Positions 20,927 through 30,897 of a stretch of DNA of 64,000 nucleotides are shown here, in pieces (within the stretch, counting starts at the first letter, position 1; every line of letters starts with the position of its first letter). This DNA comes from Bacteroidales bacterium (GTDB lineage Bacteria; Bacteroidota; Bacteroidia; Bacteroidales; UBA4417). The DNA lies in assembly GCA_963677975.1 (NCBI GenBank), contig OY782677.1, positions 779,605-843,604 on the forward strand, given 5' to 3'. A program made the position numbers and the translations under genes. The notes beneath the pieces are model-generated. The model ran no database searches and was not told where the DNA came from. It worked only from the letters and a program-made list of their open reading frames with translations.

Positions 20927-21495
20927 TGTCTAAAGGGGTTTAACCTTCAAACTTAAACCATGTTCCTGTACCTCTGGGTGGCTCACTTTGCGCCGGATTG
21001 TCAGGTGTTTTTTTGAAAAACAATCCAAAAATGATTCCTGAGTCTTTTAACGTGTCAAATTAAAGTGTCACGTTTTGCTCCGGATTTGGTGGCTCACTTT
21101 GCTCCGGATCGGTGTCACCCTTTCGTCCGGATTTGTGTCACTATATACTCCGGATTATTCATTTGGGAAAGAAAATTATGCGTTTTTGCAGGTTTTACGC
21201 ATTTAAAAAGCTAAATATAATAAATTCAGATTTTGAAAAATATTTTATTCAAATATTGCAAGACATTGATATACAGGAAGTAATAAAAAAGAAAGCATAT
21301 AACAAAACTTCACAATTCCCAAAACTAAATTATTTTTTTCAAATATTTATGAAATAAGTATTTTGATACATTTGCGTCTTTACTTAGACAGAATATCAGT
21401 GCAGCACTGATAGATTATACGTGAATTAATTAGTGATTATTTGGTTAACGAAATTAAAACTGCTTTCCTAATTATACAACCAAACTAATAGACCT

Positions 21496-22659
21496 ATGAA
21501 AAACCGCAAACTCTTTCACCGTTTCTTTTCTGTCATCCTTCTCTTACTTTTCAGCTCGCCGGCTTTATTTGCGCAAAACCCGGAAGGCAGTCAAATCTCT
21601 AACATTCTCCAGATACAACAATATGAGCGCGCCATACATATTATGGCAATGCTGTTGATCGGATTTGGATTTTTAATGGTATTTGTAAAAAAATACGGAC
21701 GCTCGGCATTAACTGCCACTTTTCTTCTGGTCAGTGTGGCCCTTCCGCTTTATATTTCACTAAAGGGATTGGCAATTTTCGAATCACGGAGCGAAATTGA
21801 GCAATTGATTCTTGCCGAGTTCGGGGCAGCAAGTTTGCTTATTGCAGCCGGGGCAGTTTTAGGAAGAATAAAGATTTATCAGTATTTAATCCTGGGCCTG
21901 ATTTTTATTCCTTTCTACATATTAAATGAATTAATCGTAGTTAATGACTATTTCCATTTTGTAGGAAAAGTATACGATACCGGGGGTTCAATCGTAATTC
22001 ATTCATTTGGCGCTCTTTTTGGTATAGCCGCGGCCATTTCACTTACATCGAGAAATGACCTGGAAATTCCAATTGAATCAGATGCCACAACAGATAAATA
22101 TTCGGTATTGGGCAGTATGGTATTGTGGGTTTTCTGGCCAAGTTTCTGCGCAGCCCTTGTTCCTATCGAAGCCATACCTCATACAGTAGTGAATGTTTTC
22201 CTGGCACTTTGCGGTTCAACATTAGCCACCTACTTTGTTTCTGTTAAACTGAGAGGAAAAGTGCTGATTGCTGATATTGCCAACGCTGCACTTGCAGGTG
22301 GAGTTGCCATTGGTGCTACCTGCGACTTTGCAACACATCCGCAGTCTATTATCATAGGCCTGATTGCCGGGGTTATATCGACAGTAGGATTTGCCATTCT
22401 TCAAAGCAAGCAACAAAATTTCCACAAGATTGTGGATACATGCGGAGTATCGAATCTTCACGGATTGCCTGGTATATTTGGCGGCCTATGCGCAATTGTA
22501 GTTAACCAGGGTATTGATGTTGGTTCACAGCTGACAGGAATTGCCGTAACTGCTGCAATAGCTGTTATTTCCGGTCTCTTAAGCGGAAAATTAATCTCAT
22601 ATTTTGGTAAGACCAGGGAGTTGTATAACGACGTAGCCGAATTTAAAGATGCCGCATAA
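21496..22659 (+). CDS. Rh-type (Rhesus/Rh50-like) ammonium transporter family protein
   Basis: GFGFLMVFVKKYGRS, DTGGSIVIHSFGALFG, LWVFWPSF and especially DTCGVSNLHGLPGIFGG match the Rh-branch signature (DTCGVHNLHGLPG) rather than AmtB. The N-terminal signal peptide ends FAQ-N. Confidence 0.75.
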   Translation: MKNRKLFHRFFSVILLLLFSSPALFAQNPEGSQISNILQIQQYERAIHIMAMLLIGFGFLMVFVKKYGRSALTATFLLVSVALPLYISLKGLAIFESRSEIEQLILAEFGAASLLIAAGAVLGRIKIYQYLILGLIFIPFYILNELIVVNDYFHFVGKVYDTGGSIVIHSFGALFGIAAAISLTSRNDLEIPIESDATTDKYSVLGSMVLWVFWPSFCAALVPIEAIPHTVVNVFLALCGSTLATYFVSVKLRGKVLIADIANAALAGGVAIGATCDFATHPQSIIIGLIAGVISTVGFAILQSKQQNFHKIVDTCGVSNLHGLPGIFGGLCAIVVNQGIDVGSQLTGIAVTAAIAVISGLLSGKLISYFGKTRELYNDVAEFKDAA

Positions 22660-23159
22660 AGAATGGGAAAGAGCCTTGTCGGACGCTATGTAATGCCCGT
22701 TCTCTAACTGAAAATAAAAAATAGTACCTTTTACAGGTATGCATACCGTTGAACCAATATTCATCGGCTTAACCGCTGACGTCCTTTCATGTAAGATTCT
22801 ATTAAAGTGACCAGAGAATGCGCAATGGCCGTATAATTGACTTTAAACCGGCAATTACACGGCCATTCTTTTTAACCTTTACCCCAAAGCCGGACGATGT
22901 CCATATTTCATTGCAGATCACGGGTAACGAAGTGTTTTTCCTTTAATGCAGTGCCTCGAAATCGAATATGCATCAGTTCCGGACGGGGCGCTCATTACTT
23001 TAAACGGTGCATGAAACAAAACTCCCGGAAAATTTGTTTATGAATAGCTGACATATATATAGTTTGCATTATATTAGCACTATAAATAGAGTCTTTTTAG
23101 GTGTTCGTAACCCGGTCACCCACCAACCACAATGCTGTTCACCCCAAACCCGACAGAAA

Positions 23160-24170
23160 ATGAATTACCCCAGGAAAGTTACAATAGGCGATATCACCGT
23201 CCGCGACGGTTTCCAGCATGAAGAAAAATTTATTCCGACGGCTGCAAAGCTTTGGCTGACCGAACAACTTGTACTTGCCGGCTTCAGGCATGTGGAGGTA
23301 ACCAATATGGGAAATCCATCGGGAATGCCCCAGTTTAAAGATGCCGACGAGTTAATGAAAAAGATCAGGGCCAGCAAAACGATAGCCAAACAACTTCCTG
23401 AAGTAAGTTTTACTGCGGTTACTATACGCGAAAAGGCGATCGAAAGGGCTATTCAGGCGCGGCAGGAAGGCTGGGGTCCCGACAGGATTCTGCTGATGGT
23501 TTCGACAAGCGAATCGCATCATATTAAAAACTCTGGGTTATCACTTGCCGACTATTGGAAAATGGCTGAAGAATGGATCCCGAAGGCAAAAGCCGCCGGG
23601 CTGAAAGTGAACGGAACCGTTAGTACCATATGGGGATGCCCGATCGAAGGTCCAACAAAAATGGAAAAGGCTGTTGATTTTGCCCGGCGATGGTTCGATA
23701 TTGGCGCAAGTGATGTGGAACATGCCGATCACGACGGATCGGCTTCGCCCGACAGGGTTTATCGCTATTATTCCATGTTAATGGATAAAATCGGCCGCCC
23801 CGAAAAACAGATTGTTCATTTCCATTCCACCCGCGGATGGGGCCTTGCCAATGTACTGGCCGCTATGCAGGCAGGAATGACCAATTACGAATCAACAATG
23901 GGAGGAATAGGAGGGCAGCCGGCTAATTTCGTGGATGGAGTTCCCGTTGCCGGGACAGGCGCATATTATTATGCCGATCCAATGCTCACCGGGCTGATCC
24001 AAACTGAGGATTTGGTGGTTATGATGGACGAAATGGGAATCGAAACCAATCTCGATATTGACAAAGTTTTACAGATAGGAGCCATGGTGGAACGCATTGT
24101 GGGACGGAAACTTCGTTCTGAATGTGTGCGAACCGGAAGAATTCCGAAAACCCTTACAGGCAGGGGCTAA
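23160..24170 (+). CDS. HMGL-like (pyruvate carboxyltransferase-fold) lyase, second paralog
   Basis: ITVRDGFQHEE...HVEVT...HFHSTRGWGLANVLAAMQAG...MGGIGGQP. The start was refined to ATG 23160 (MNYPRKV). The substrate is unknown. Confidence 0.7.
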   Translation: MNYPRKVTIGDITVRDGFQHEEKFIPTAAKLWLTEQLVLAGFRHVEVTNMGNPSGMPQFKDADELMKKIRASKTIAKQLPEVSFTAVTIREKAIERAIQARQEGWGPDRILLMVSTSESHHIKNSGLSLADYWKMAEEWIPKAKAAGLKVNGTVSTIWGCPIEGPTKMEKAVDFARRWFDIGASDVEHADHDGSASPDRVYRYYSMLMDKIGRPEKQIVHFHSTRGWGLANVLAAMQAGMTNYESTMGGIGGQPANFVDGVPVAGTGAYYYADPMLTGLIQTEDLVVMMDEMGIETNLDIDKVLQIGAMVERIVGRKLRSECVRTGRIPKTLTGRG

Positions 24171-24356
24171 AAAAGGGTATAGGGTTTAGGTTTTTGGGGT
24201 TAGGGAACGTCCTGGTGAAAATTGTTCTGTATAACGGGAAATTGTGCCCAAACTGGGACAATTGCTGTTAGTATTTCATTCTTGTTTAATACATCTAACA
24301 TCCCACATCTGACATCCGACATCCGACATCCAACCTGGTCTCCAATTCCCCAAGTC

Positions 24357-24764
24357 CTACCTCCAGGCTCCCAGAATAAGTCCAGACACGGTAAATCCAA
24401 TCGTGAGGTATCCGGCATTAATAAGGATATATTTCAGCGATCGCTGTTCGTACAATGCATTGAGCGCCACCGACATGGATACCCAGCCAAAACCTGTCAG
24501 AAAACCATAAAGAGCACCGGTCGAAGTGGTTATTGTTGGATCATTCAGAAAAAAGGCAAGGTTTGTAACCATGATAAATGACAACAGGAAAGTGACCGTC
24601 ATAATCTTGCCCATGTTCGATTTCTTAGCGTCATCCTTTGTCATTCCAATTTCTTTCATCCATGCATTGGCGAAGAGCACAGGTGAATACCAGAGTCCGC
24701 CGATTGCATAAAAAACTACAGTTGCGGTAGCAACAGCAAGCCAGTTGATAGTAGATGCATCCAT
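24357..24764 (-). CDS. DUF1761-type small membrane protein
   Basis: MDASTINWLAVATATVVFYAIGGLWYSPVLFANAWMKEIG resembles DUF1761, with 4 TM segments. Confidence 0.5.
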   Translation of the reverse strand: MDASTINWLAVATATVVFYAIGGLWYSPVLFANAWMKEIGMTKDDAKKSNMGKIMTVTFLLSFIMVTNLAFFLNDPTITTSTGALYGFLTGFGWVSMSVALNALYEQRSLKYILINAGYLTIGFTVSGLILGAWR

Positions 24765-25054
24765 GTTTTAAGGTTAGAGGTTAACTAATATTTTAATTAT
24801 TTGAATTAACACGCTATGATTAGAAAAAGTTCAAAAATCTATTAAATTTATTAATTCCTTGTGCTGTAAATTGGAAAGACATCATAATTGGAGGCGGATA
24901 CTTGTTATGCGATTTGCCCGAAATTTCTTATGTTGATTGATGAAACTAATATTTACTTTGTTAGAATCCGTGATAAGGAATAAAAAAGGAGGACTTTACC
25001 TGCCCTCCCATTTTCTGTTAACTATTTTCTTTTAACCCATCTCAATCCAACAAA

Positions 25055-26587
25055 CTACAACGGAATATTCCCATGTTTTCTCGGCGGATTGGTTTTCCGT
25101 TTATTCTGTGTCATTTCCAGTGCCTGAATGAGTTTAAACCGGGTTTGATGAGGGTAAATGATTTCATCAATATAACCCTGTTCGGCTGCTTTATAAGGAT
25201 TGGCAAAAGTTTCGCGGTATTCATCAACTGCAGTTGTGCGGGCTTCATCGCTGAGTTTATCGCGGAAAATAATGCTTACAGCACCATCAGCGCCCATTAC
25301 CGCTATCTCGGCCGATGGATATGCAAAGTTGATATCAGCTCCGATGTGTTTGCTGCTCATAACATCGTAGGCTCCACCATAGGCTTTGCGTGTGATAAGA
25401 GTGATTTTAGGTACAGTAGCCTCGGCAAAAGCATATAACAGCTTGGCGCCATGTTTGATAATTCCGCCGAATTCCTGGTTTGTGCCGGGTAAAAATCCCG
25501 GAACATCGACCAAGGTGATCAAAGGGATATTGAAAGCATCGCAAAAGCGAACAAAACGGGCCGCTTTGATTGATGAATTAATATCGAGAACTCCAGCCAG
25601 TGCCTGTGGCTGGTTGGCCACTATCCCCACGCTGCGGCCGCCGAGCCTTGCAAATCCTACAATGATATTCTGGGCATACAAAGGCTGAACTTCAAAAAAG
25701 TTGTGGTTATCCACTACTTCTTTGATGAGTTCTTTCATGTCGTATGGCTTATTTGGGTCTTCGGGAATAAGGGAATCGAGTTTTACATCGCTGCGGTTGA
25801 TATCATCGGTGTTGGCTTTGAAAGGCGCATCCTCCATATTGTTCGACGGGAGATAGCTCATCAGCTCTCGGACCATCATCATGGCATGTTCATCGTCGTT
25901 GGCGGTTAAATGTGCAACGCCGCTTTTGCTGTTATGTGTAAGCGATCCGCCCAGTTCTTCCTTGGTAACTTCTTCGTGGGTAACGGTTTTAATAACATCA
26001 GGACCGGTTACAAACATATAACTTGAATCCTCAACCATGATAATAAAATCGGTAATGGCAGGCGAGTAAACAGCGCCACCGGCGCAAGGACCTAATATTG
26101 CAGAGATTTGAGGTATCACGCCTGAACTCATAACGTTTCGGTAAAAAATATCGGCATAACCGGCAAGGCTTTCAACACCTTCCTGTATACGGGCCCCTCC
26201 CGAATCGTTGAGCCCGATAACCGGAGCACCCATTTTCATGGCGAGATCCATAATTTTCATGATTTTGTCAGCATTGGAGCGGCTCATGGTGCCCCCGAAG
26301 ACTGTAAAATCCTGGGCAAAAACATACATCAGCCTGCCATCAATTTTACCGTAACCAGTAACAACGCCATCGCCCGGTATCAGGTTCTTCTCCATCCCGA
26401 AATCGCGTGAGCGGTGGACAACAAATTTATCGAGTTCAACAAAGGTTCCGGGATCAAGCAGGTCGTTGAGACGTTCGCGGGCTGTTTTACGGTTTGCTGC
26501 ATGCTGGCGGTCAATACGGTCCTGCCCGCCACCAAGTTCGGCAACACGGTTTTTTGCTTCCAGTTTTTTAAATTTCTCTATCGACAT
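25055..26587 (-). CDS. Acyl-CoA carboxylase carboxyltransferase (beta) subunit, propionyl-CoA carboxylase / methylmalonyl-CoA type
   Basis: [32 protein letters not shown]...GYGKIDGR...[10 protein letters not shown]...[13 protein letters not shown]. Confidence 0.85.
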   Translation of the reverse strand: MSIEKFKKLEAKNRVAELGGGQDRIDRQHAANRKTARERLNDLLDPGTFVELDKFVVHRSRDFGMEKNLIPGDGVVTGYGKIDGRLMYVFAQDFTVFGGTMSRSNADKIMKIMDLAMKMGAPVIGLNDSGGARIQEGVESLAGYADIFYRNVMSSGVIPQISAILGPCAGGAVYSPAITDFIIMVEDSSYMFVTGPDVIKTVTHEEVTKEELGGSLTHNSKSGVAHLTANDDEHAMMMVRELMSYLPSNNMEDAPFKANTDDINRSDVKLDSLIPEDPNKPYDMKELIKEVVDNHNFFEVQPLYAQNIIVGFARLGGRSVGIVANQPQALAGVLDINSSIKAARFVRFCDAFNIPLITLVDVPGFLPGTNQEFGGIIKHGAKLLYAFAEATVPKITLITRKAYGGAYDVMSSKHIGADINFAYPSAEIAVMGADGAVSIIFRDKLSDEARTTAVDEYRETFANPYKAAEQGYIDEIIYPHQTRFKLIQALEMTQNKRKTNPPRKHGNIPL

Positions 26588-26759
26588 TTCTGTAATATAT
26601 TTTGGTGATGTATTTTTATTAAGATTGATGAGATTGAATGGATTGATGAGATTGAGAAGATTGAAGGGTTTCTGTGTTTCAGGTTTCAGTGTTTCTGGTC
26701 TTGTGTTAAACCTGGCTTGTAGCTGTTAACATCCGAATTTTGAATTCCGAAATCCAAAA

Positions 26760-27281
26760 TTACGCCTCAATATCTTCAATAACTACCAATACCTGGTTTC
26801 CATCCACGGTATCGCCTTCAGCAACGGGGATTTCGCTTACCACACCGGCTTTGGAAGCTTTGAATTCACTTTCCATTTTCATAGCCGAGACAATAATAAC
26901 AGTTTGGCCAACTTCGACAGTATCGCCAACTCCAACAAGTATTTTAACAATTTTACCAGGCATAGGTGAGCGGATAATATTGCTTACATGTCCTCCGGCA
27001 GCATTATCACGGCTGCGGATATACCTTGTTTCGGCATCCACAACTTCGATTTCACTTGAGAAATAAAAGGTGTTGACTGTAAAATGTTTGGGTTCGCGTG
27101 CTGGTACAACTTCAATGTTGTATGATTTTCCTTTATGGAGAACAGAGTATTCGGCCGGGCCCACCTTTACAAGATCGACGTTGAATATTTCATCGTCAAC
27201 CGAAATGCTCAGCTGGTTGCCTTCGCGGCTGATTTCTTTCAGTATAGCCTTTCGGCCATCAAGATTTAGTTCTAGTTCCAT
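26760..27281 (-). CDS. Biotin carboxyl carrier (biotin/lipoyl attachment) subunit
   Basis: The C-terminus SPMPGKIVKILV..GDTV..GQTVIIVSAMKMESE carries the AMKM biotinylation motif. Confidence 0.8.
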   Translation of the reverse strand: MELELNLDGRKAILKEISREGNQLSISVDDEIFNVDLVKVGPAEYSVLHKGKSYNIEVVPAREPKHFTVNTFYFSSEIEVVDAETRYIRSRDNAAGGHVSNIIRSPMPGKIVKILVGVGDTVEVGQTVIIVSAMKMESEFKASKAGVVSEIPVAEGDTVDGNQVLVVIEDIEA

Positions 27282-27358
27282 TTTATTTTAATTCGAAATA
27301 TCTAGGTTCAGAAATTGAGAGACGTCAATAAGTTTGAGTCAAGGCGAATTATTTATCA

Positions 27359-28885
27359 TTATAGCCTGAACGCAGCCTGCCGGCGCCCAAATTCCTTCCA
27401 GTCGCTTCCGTGACGTGATGAGGCAGGCGACATGGTTTGTTCGATTTCGCTGAGCTGAGTTGTATATTCAACAAAAGCTGCTATAAGTGCCAGGTTCTCG
27501 CAATCATAAACACATTCAAAATCTGCCTGCAGGAATTTTGTGTTTTCTTCAATAAAATGAGTGTTGTAGCCACCTTTTCGGAAAGCAGGAGCATCCATTA
27601 TCCGTTCAAGGAATTTAATTGAGGTTTTAACACCGCTGATCTTATATTCAAACAAAGCCCTGCGCATGCGCTCAATGGCCTCGTTTCGTGTTTTCCCCCA
27701 AACGATCAGCTTGCTGATCATCGGATCATAATAAATGGGAATAGTATAACCCTCGTAAACATACCCATCGCAGCGGACGCCCAAACCAAGTGGCTCAGTA
27801 ATATGGGTAATGGTGCCCGGATTAGGCATGAAATTGTTTTCGGTATCCTCAGCATATATGCGGCATTCGATGGCATGACCGTTCTGGTGGAGGTCTTCCT
27901 GGCGATATGGTAACGGGTGTCCTTCGGCGATACGGATTTGCTCCTTAACCAGGTCGACGCCCACAACACGTTCGGTAATAGGATGTTCCACCTGGAGACG
28001 TGTATTCATCTCGAGGAAATAGTAATTCAGGTTATCGTCCATAATGAACTCAATGGTTCCTGCTCCTTCGTAATTTGCTGCTTTGGCAGCAGCTACAGCA
28101 TGAGCTCCCATTTCGGCACGAACTTTCTCCGTCATGATTGGCGAAGGAGTTTCTTCAACAACTTTCTGATGCCGGCGCTGAACCGAACATTCACGCTCGA
28201 AGAGGTGAATTGTATTTCCCATGCTGTCAGCAAGCACTTGGAATTCAATATGATGGGGTGAGTCGATATATTTTTCAATGTAAACAGCGTCGTTCCCGAA
28301 GGCGGTTTTAGCTTCGGAGCGTGCACCACGTAATGAACTTAATATCTGTGATTCTTCTTTTACAAGACGCATACCTTTACCGCCACCACCTGCTGATGCC
28401 TTGATCATTACCGGAAGGCCGATCTGTTTTATAGTTTCCAGGGCTTCATCTTCGCTAGTAACAGCTTCGGATGTGCCGGGAACTACGGGAACTCCGGCTT
28501 TAATCATAGTACGGCGGGCTGTGATTTTATCGCCCATACCCAGAATTGCTTCCGGTGAAGGACCGATAAATATGATACCCTCCTCCTGGCAACGGCGCGA
28601 AAATTCGGCATTTTCCGAAAGGAAACCATAGCCTGGATGAATTGCATCCGCTCCCGACTTTTTAGCAACTTCGAGGATGGTATCAATCTTCAGATAGCTT
28701 TCGTTTGAAGGCGATGGCCCTATATGATACGCTTCGCCAGCGTATCTTACATGCATAGCTGTGCGGTCGGCATCCGAAAATACGGCTACAGTGTGTATGC
28801 CCATTTCACGGCACGAGCGGATAATTCTAACTGCAATTTCGCCACGATTTGCAATCAGTACTTTTTTTATGGGTTTTCGCTGCAT
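27359..28885 (-). CDS. accC: Biotin carboxylase subunit of acyl-CoA carboxylase
   Basis: KVLIANRGEIAVRIIRSC, GGGGKGMR, EMNTRLQVEHP. It has no fused BCCP domain, unlike the MCCase alpha subunit at 10850. Confidence 0.9.
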   Translation of the reverse strand: MQRKPIKKVLIANRGEIAVRIIRSCREMGIHTVAVFSDADRTAMHVRYAGEAYHIGPSPSNESYLKIDTILEVAKKSGADAIHPGYGFLSENAEFSRRCQEEGIIFIGPSPEAILGMGDKITARRTMIKAGVPVVPGTSEAVTSEDEALETIKQIGLPVMIKASAGGGGKGMRLVKEESQILSSLRGARSEAKTAFGNDAVYIEKYIDSPHHIEFQVLADSMGNTIHLFERECSVQRRHQKVVEETPSPIMTEKVRAEMGAHAVAAAKAANYEGAGTIEFIMDDNLNYYFLEMNTRLQVEHPITERVVGVDLVKEQIRIAEGHPLPYRQEDLHQNGHAIECRIYAEDTENNFMPNPGTITHITEPLGLGVRCDGYVYEGYTIPIYYDPMISKLIVWGKTRNEAIERMRRALFEYKISGVKTSIKFLERIMDAPAFRKGGYNTHFIEENTKFLQADFECVYDCENLALIAAFVEYTTQLSEIEQTMSPASSRHGSDWKEFGRRQAAFRL

Positions 28886-29187
28886 TTAAGTGGATTCTGT
28901 ATTACTTGTAATGTTCTGATACATAAAACCATTCACATAAACAACATATGTCGAAAGTTGTTCATTCAACGGCTGTTCAGATGCAAATATAAGTAAAGTT
29001 TTGATATATGAAAGTATGTGTATATGATTAGGGGCGGTTTTAAGTAAAATTGGGAATTTCCCGATTTCACTATTTGGAGTATTTTGAGAAGTAAGAAATT
29101 GCTGAATGTAGCTCAGGCGTCAACTGGTTCAGGTTAAAATTTTAAAATTGAACCCCGAATTCCAGTGCTGATTTCTTTTTCAATTTT

Positions 29188-30213
29188 TTAAACTGTCAGC
29201 TCTCCACGCAAAGGCGACTGAAGAAGCTCCTTTAATTTTTCGCCCTGGAATCCTTCACCTAAAAGGTACATCATTTTGGCAATAGCCGATTCGGTAGTGA
29301 TATCATATCCTCCTACAACCCCGATCTCGCCAAGCTTAACACTGGTTTCGTATTTACCCATATCTACTGCACCGCCTTTGCACTGGGTAACATTATAAAC
29401 GATGATGCCCTTCATTATGGCCTGTGAAAGTGCTTCGATAAACCAGCCATCGGTAGGAGCGTTGCCGGCACCATAGGTTTCGAGTATAACTCCTTTCAGT
29501 CCCGCAATATTAAGTGCATTTTTAACAACAACCTCAGCGATTCCCGGAAAAAGTTTCAGGATCAGAACGCTGTTGTCCAGTTTTTTATGAACAATTAATT
29601 TTTCAGATACAGGTTTAAGTATCAGTTCGGTGTTGTATCGGATATGAACTCCTACCTGGGCCAGTGAGGGGAAATTGCCCGAAAGGAAAGCATTAAAGTT
29701 TTCGGCATTGAACTTGCTGGTTCGGTTTCCGCGCATAAGTTTATTTTCGAAATAAATGGCAACCTCAGGAACCAAAGGCTTCCCGTCGGCTCTTGCGGCG
29801 GCTATTTCAATTGCATTGATGAAATTGTCGCGGCCATCCGTACGTACAACCCCCATAGGTAATTGTGATCCGGTAAAAATTACAGGTTTGTCCAGGTTTT
29901 CAAGCATAAAGCTTAGCATCGAAGCCGAGTACGACATGGTATCGGTACCGTGAAGCACCACAAAACCGTCATATTTCGTATAATTCTCCTCAATCACGGT
30001 TGCCAGTTTTACCCAAAACGAGGGCGTGACATTCGACGAATCAATAAGAGGGTTGAACGAAACGGATTCCAGCTTGTAATCGAAATTGTTCAGAACCGGC
30101 ATCAACTTGTAAATGTCTTCAAAATGGTAGGGTTGAAGCGCTCCTGTTACCGGATCTTTTACCATTCCGATGGTTCCGCCTGTGTAAATTATTAAGAGTG
30201 TTGGGGTATTCAT
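29188..30213 (-). CDS. ansA: Type I L-asparaginase
   Basis: LIIYTGGTIGM (catalytic Thr motif), HGTDTM, and ETYGAGN. The start was refined to ATG 30213 (MNTPT). The track's upstream extension runs into the repeat element. Confidence 0.85.
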   Translation of the reverse strand: MNTPTLLIIYTGGTIGMVKDPVTGALQPYHFEDIYKLMPVLNNFDYKLESVSFNPLIDSSNVTPSFWVKLATVIEENYTKYDGFVVLHGTDTMSYSASMLSFMLENLDKPVIFTGSQLPMGVVRTDGRDNFINAIEIAAARADGKPLVPEVAIYFENKLMRGNRTSKFNAENFNAFLSGNFPSLAQVGVHIRYNTELILKPVSEKLIVHKKLDNSVLILKLFPGIAEVVVKNALNIAGLKGVILETYGAGNAPTDGWFIEALSQAIMKGIIVYNVTQCKGGAVDMGKYETSVKLGEIGVVGGYDITTESAIAKMMYLLGEGFQGEKLKELLQSPLRGELTV

Positions 30214-30351
30214 GGAATTGTTTAAAAGGGTTAAGAAACTCACCCCCATCCCCCTCTCTTTGAAATAAAGAGAAGGGATGGCTGGGCATATTTTTGTTAT
30301 TTCATTCTAAAAAGCAAAAGAAATCAAGTTAATTCAATCTGGTTTTGAGAG

Positions 30352-30789
30352 TCACCCCCTCTCTTCGTGAAGAGAGGGGGCTGGGGGGTGAGTTTTTCTG
30401 AACATTTCCCTTATTTTGAATAAAATATATTCTGTGTTATTTACATCAATGTTTTTCAACCTCAGGACCCTCAATCCAAGTTCAACAAGCACTGATGTTC
30501 GCCAATCATCATATTCGGCATGAAATGTATATATTCCTCCGTCCAGTTCTACAATTAATTTCTCTTCGGCACAATAAAAGTCGGCAATAAAAAATTGAAA
30601 AGAGTCGAAAGAATTTTCATAAATGATTTTATGCTGCCTGAGAAATTTTTTGCCATCAAGTTTTCTGTTTCGTACCATTTCCCACACAATCTTCTCAGCC
30701 TCAGTCATGTTTTTACGGTTTTCCCGACAAATGGCAACTACAAATTTCTTACGTGAAACCGGTTTCATCGCTTTTTTCAAGAAACTCAC
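30352..30789 (-). CDS. DUF559 (Vsr/restriction-endonuclease-like fold) protein, copy 1
   Basis: MTEAEKIVWEMVRNRKLDGKKFLRQH...FIADFYCAEEKLIVELDG...LGLRVLRLKNIDV matches the DUF559 pattern. The track start is GTG inside the repeat, so ATG 30768 (MKPVS) or the later MTEAEK is a more likely start. The C-terminal HPPAPSLHEERG is encoded by the hairpin element. Confidence 0.75.
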   Translation of the reverse strand: MSFLKKAMKPVSRKKFVVAICRENRKNMTEAEKIVWEMVRNRKLDGKKFLRQHKIIYENSFDSFQFFIADFYCAEEKLIVELDGGIYTFHAEYDDWRTSVLVELGLRVLRLKNIDVNNTEYILFKIREMFRKTHPPAPSLHEERG

Positions 30790-30897
30790 CCCCTGCCCCC
30801 TCTCTTTGAAATAAAGAGAGGGGGTGGCCGGGCATATTTTTGTTATTTCATTCTAAAAAGTAAAAGAAATCAAGTTAATTTAATCTGGTTTTGAGAG

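Larger units (their letters stand above)
18398..21161 (-). mobile_element. IS21-family insertion sequence (about 2.76 kb), apparently intact
   Basis: The ends are TGAATATTCCGG... (18398) and ...CCGGATTATTCA (21161), which are imperfect inverted repeats with TG/CA termini. Both ends carry several subterminal copies of GTGAGCCA-N-AATCCGG. TTTGGG flanks both sides (18392-18397 and 21162-21167). The element carries istA and istB. Confidence 0.8.

Noticed and set aside
21112-21357. An 81-aa + strand ORF straddling the IS21 right end.
   Set aside because: It begins at a non-ATG codon inside the IS terminal repeats and continues into very AT-rich DNA. The translation is Lys/Ile/Phe-rich noise. It could at most be an IS-junction artefact.
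22660-23159. A 500-bp ORF-free spacer upstream of the second HMGL-like gene. I examined it for a riboswitch, tRNA or small RNA.
   Set aside because: It contains only short palindromes (for example GGTATGCATACC at 22735-22746, and an 8-bp stem with a 26-nt loop at about 22844-22885). I recognise no conserved RNA motif, so the evidence is insufficient to call anything.
24200-24581. ORFs 24200-24418 (-) and 24222-24581 (+) between the HMGL-like gene and the DUF1761 gene.
   Set aside because: They run through simple stutter sequence (GACATCC repeats) and then antisense into the DUF1761 gene. They have no coding signature.
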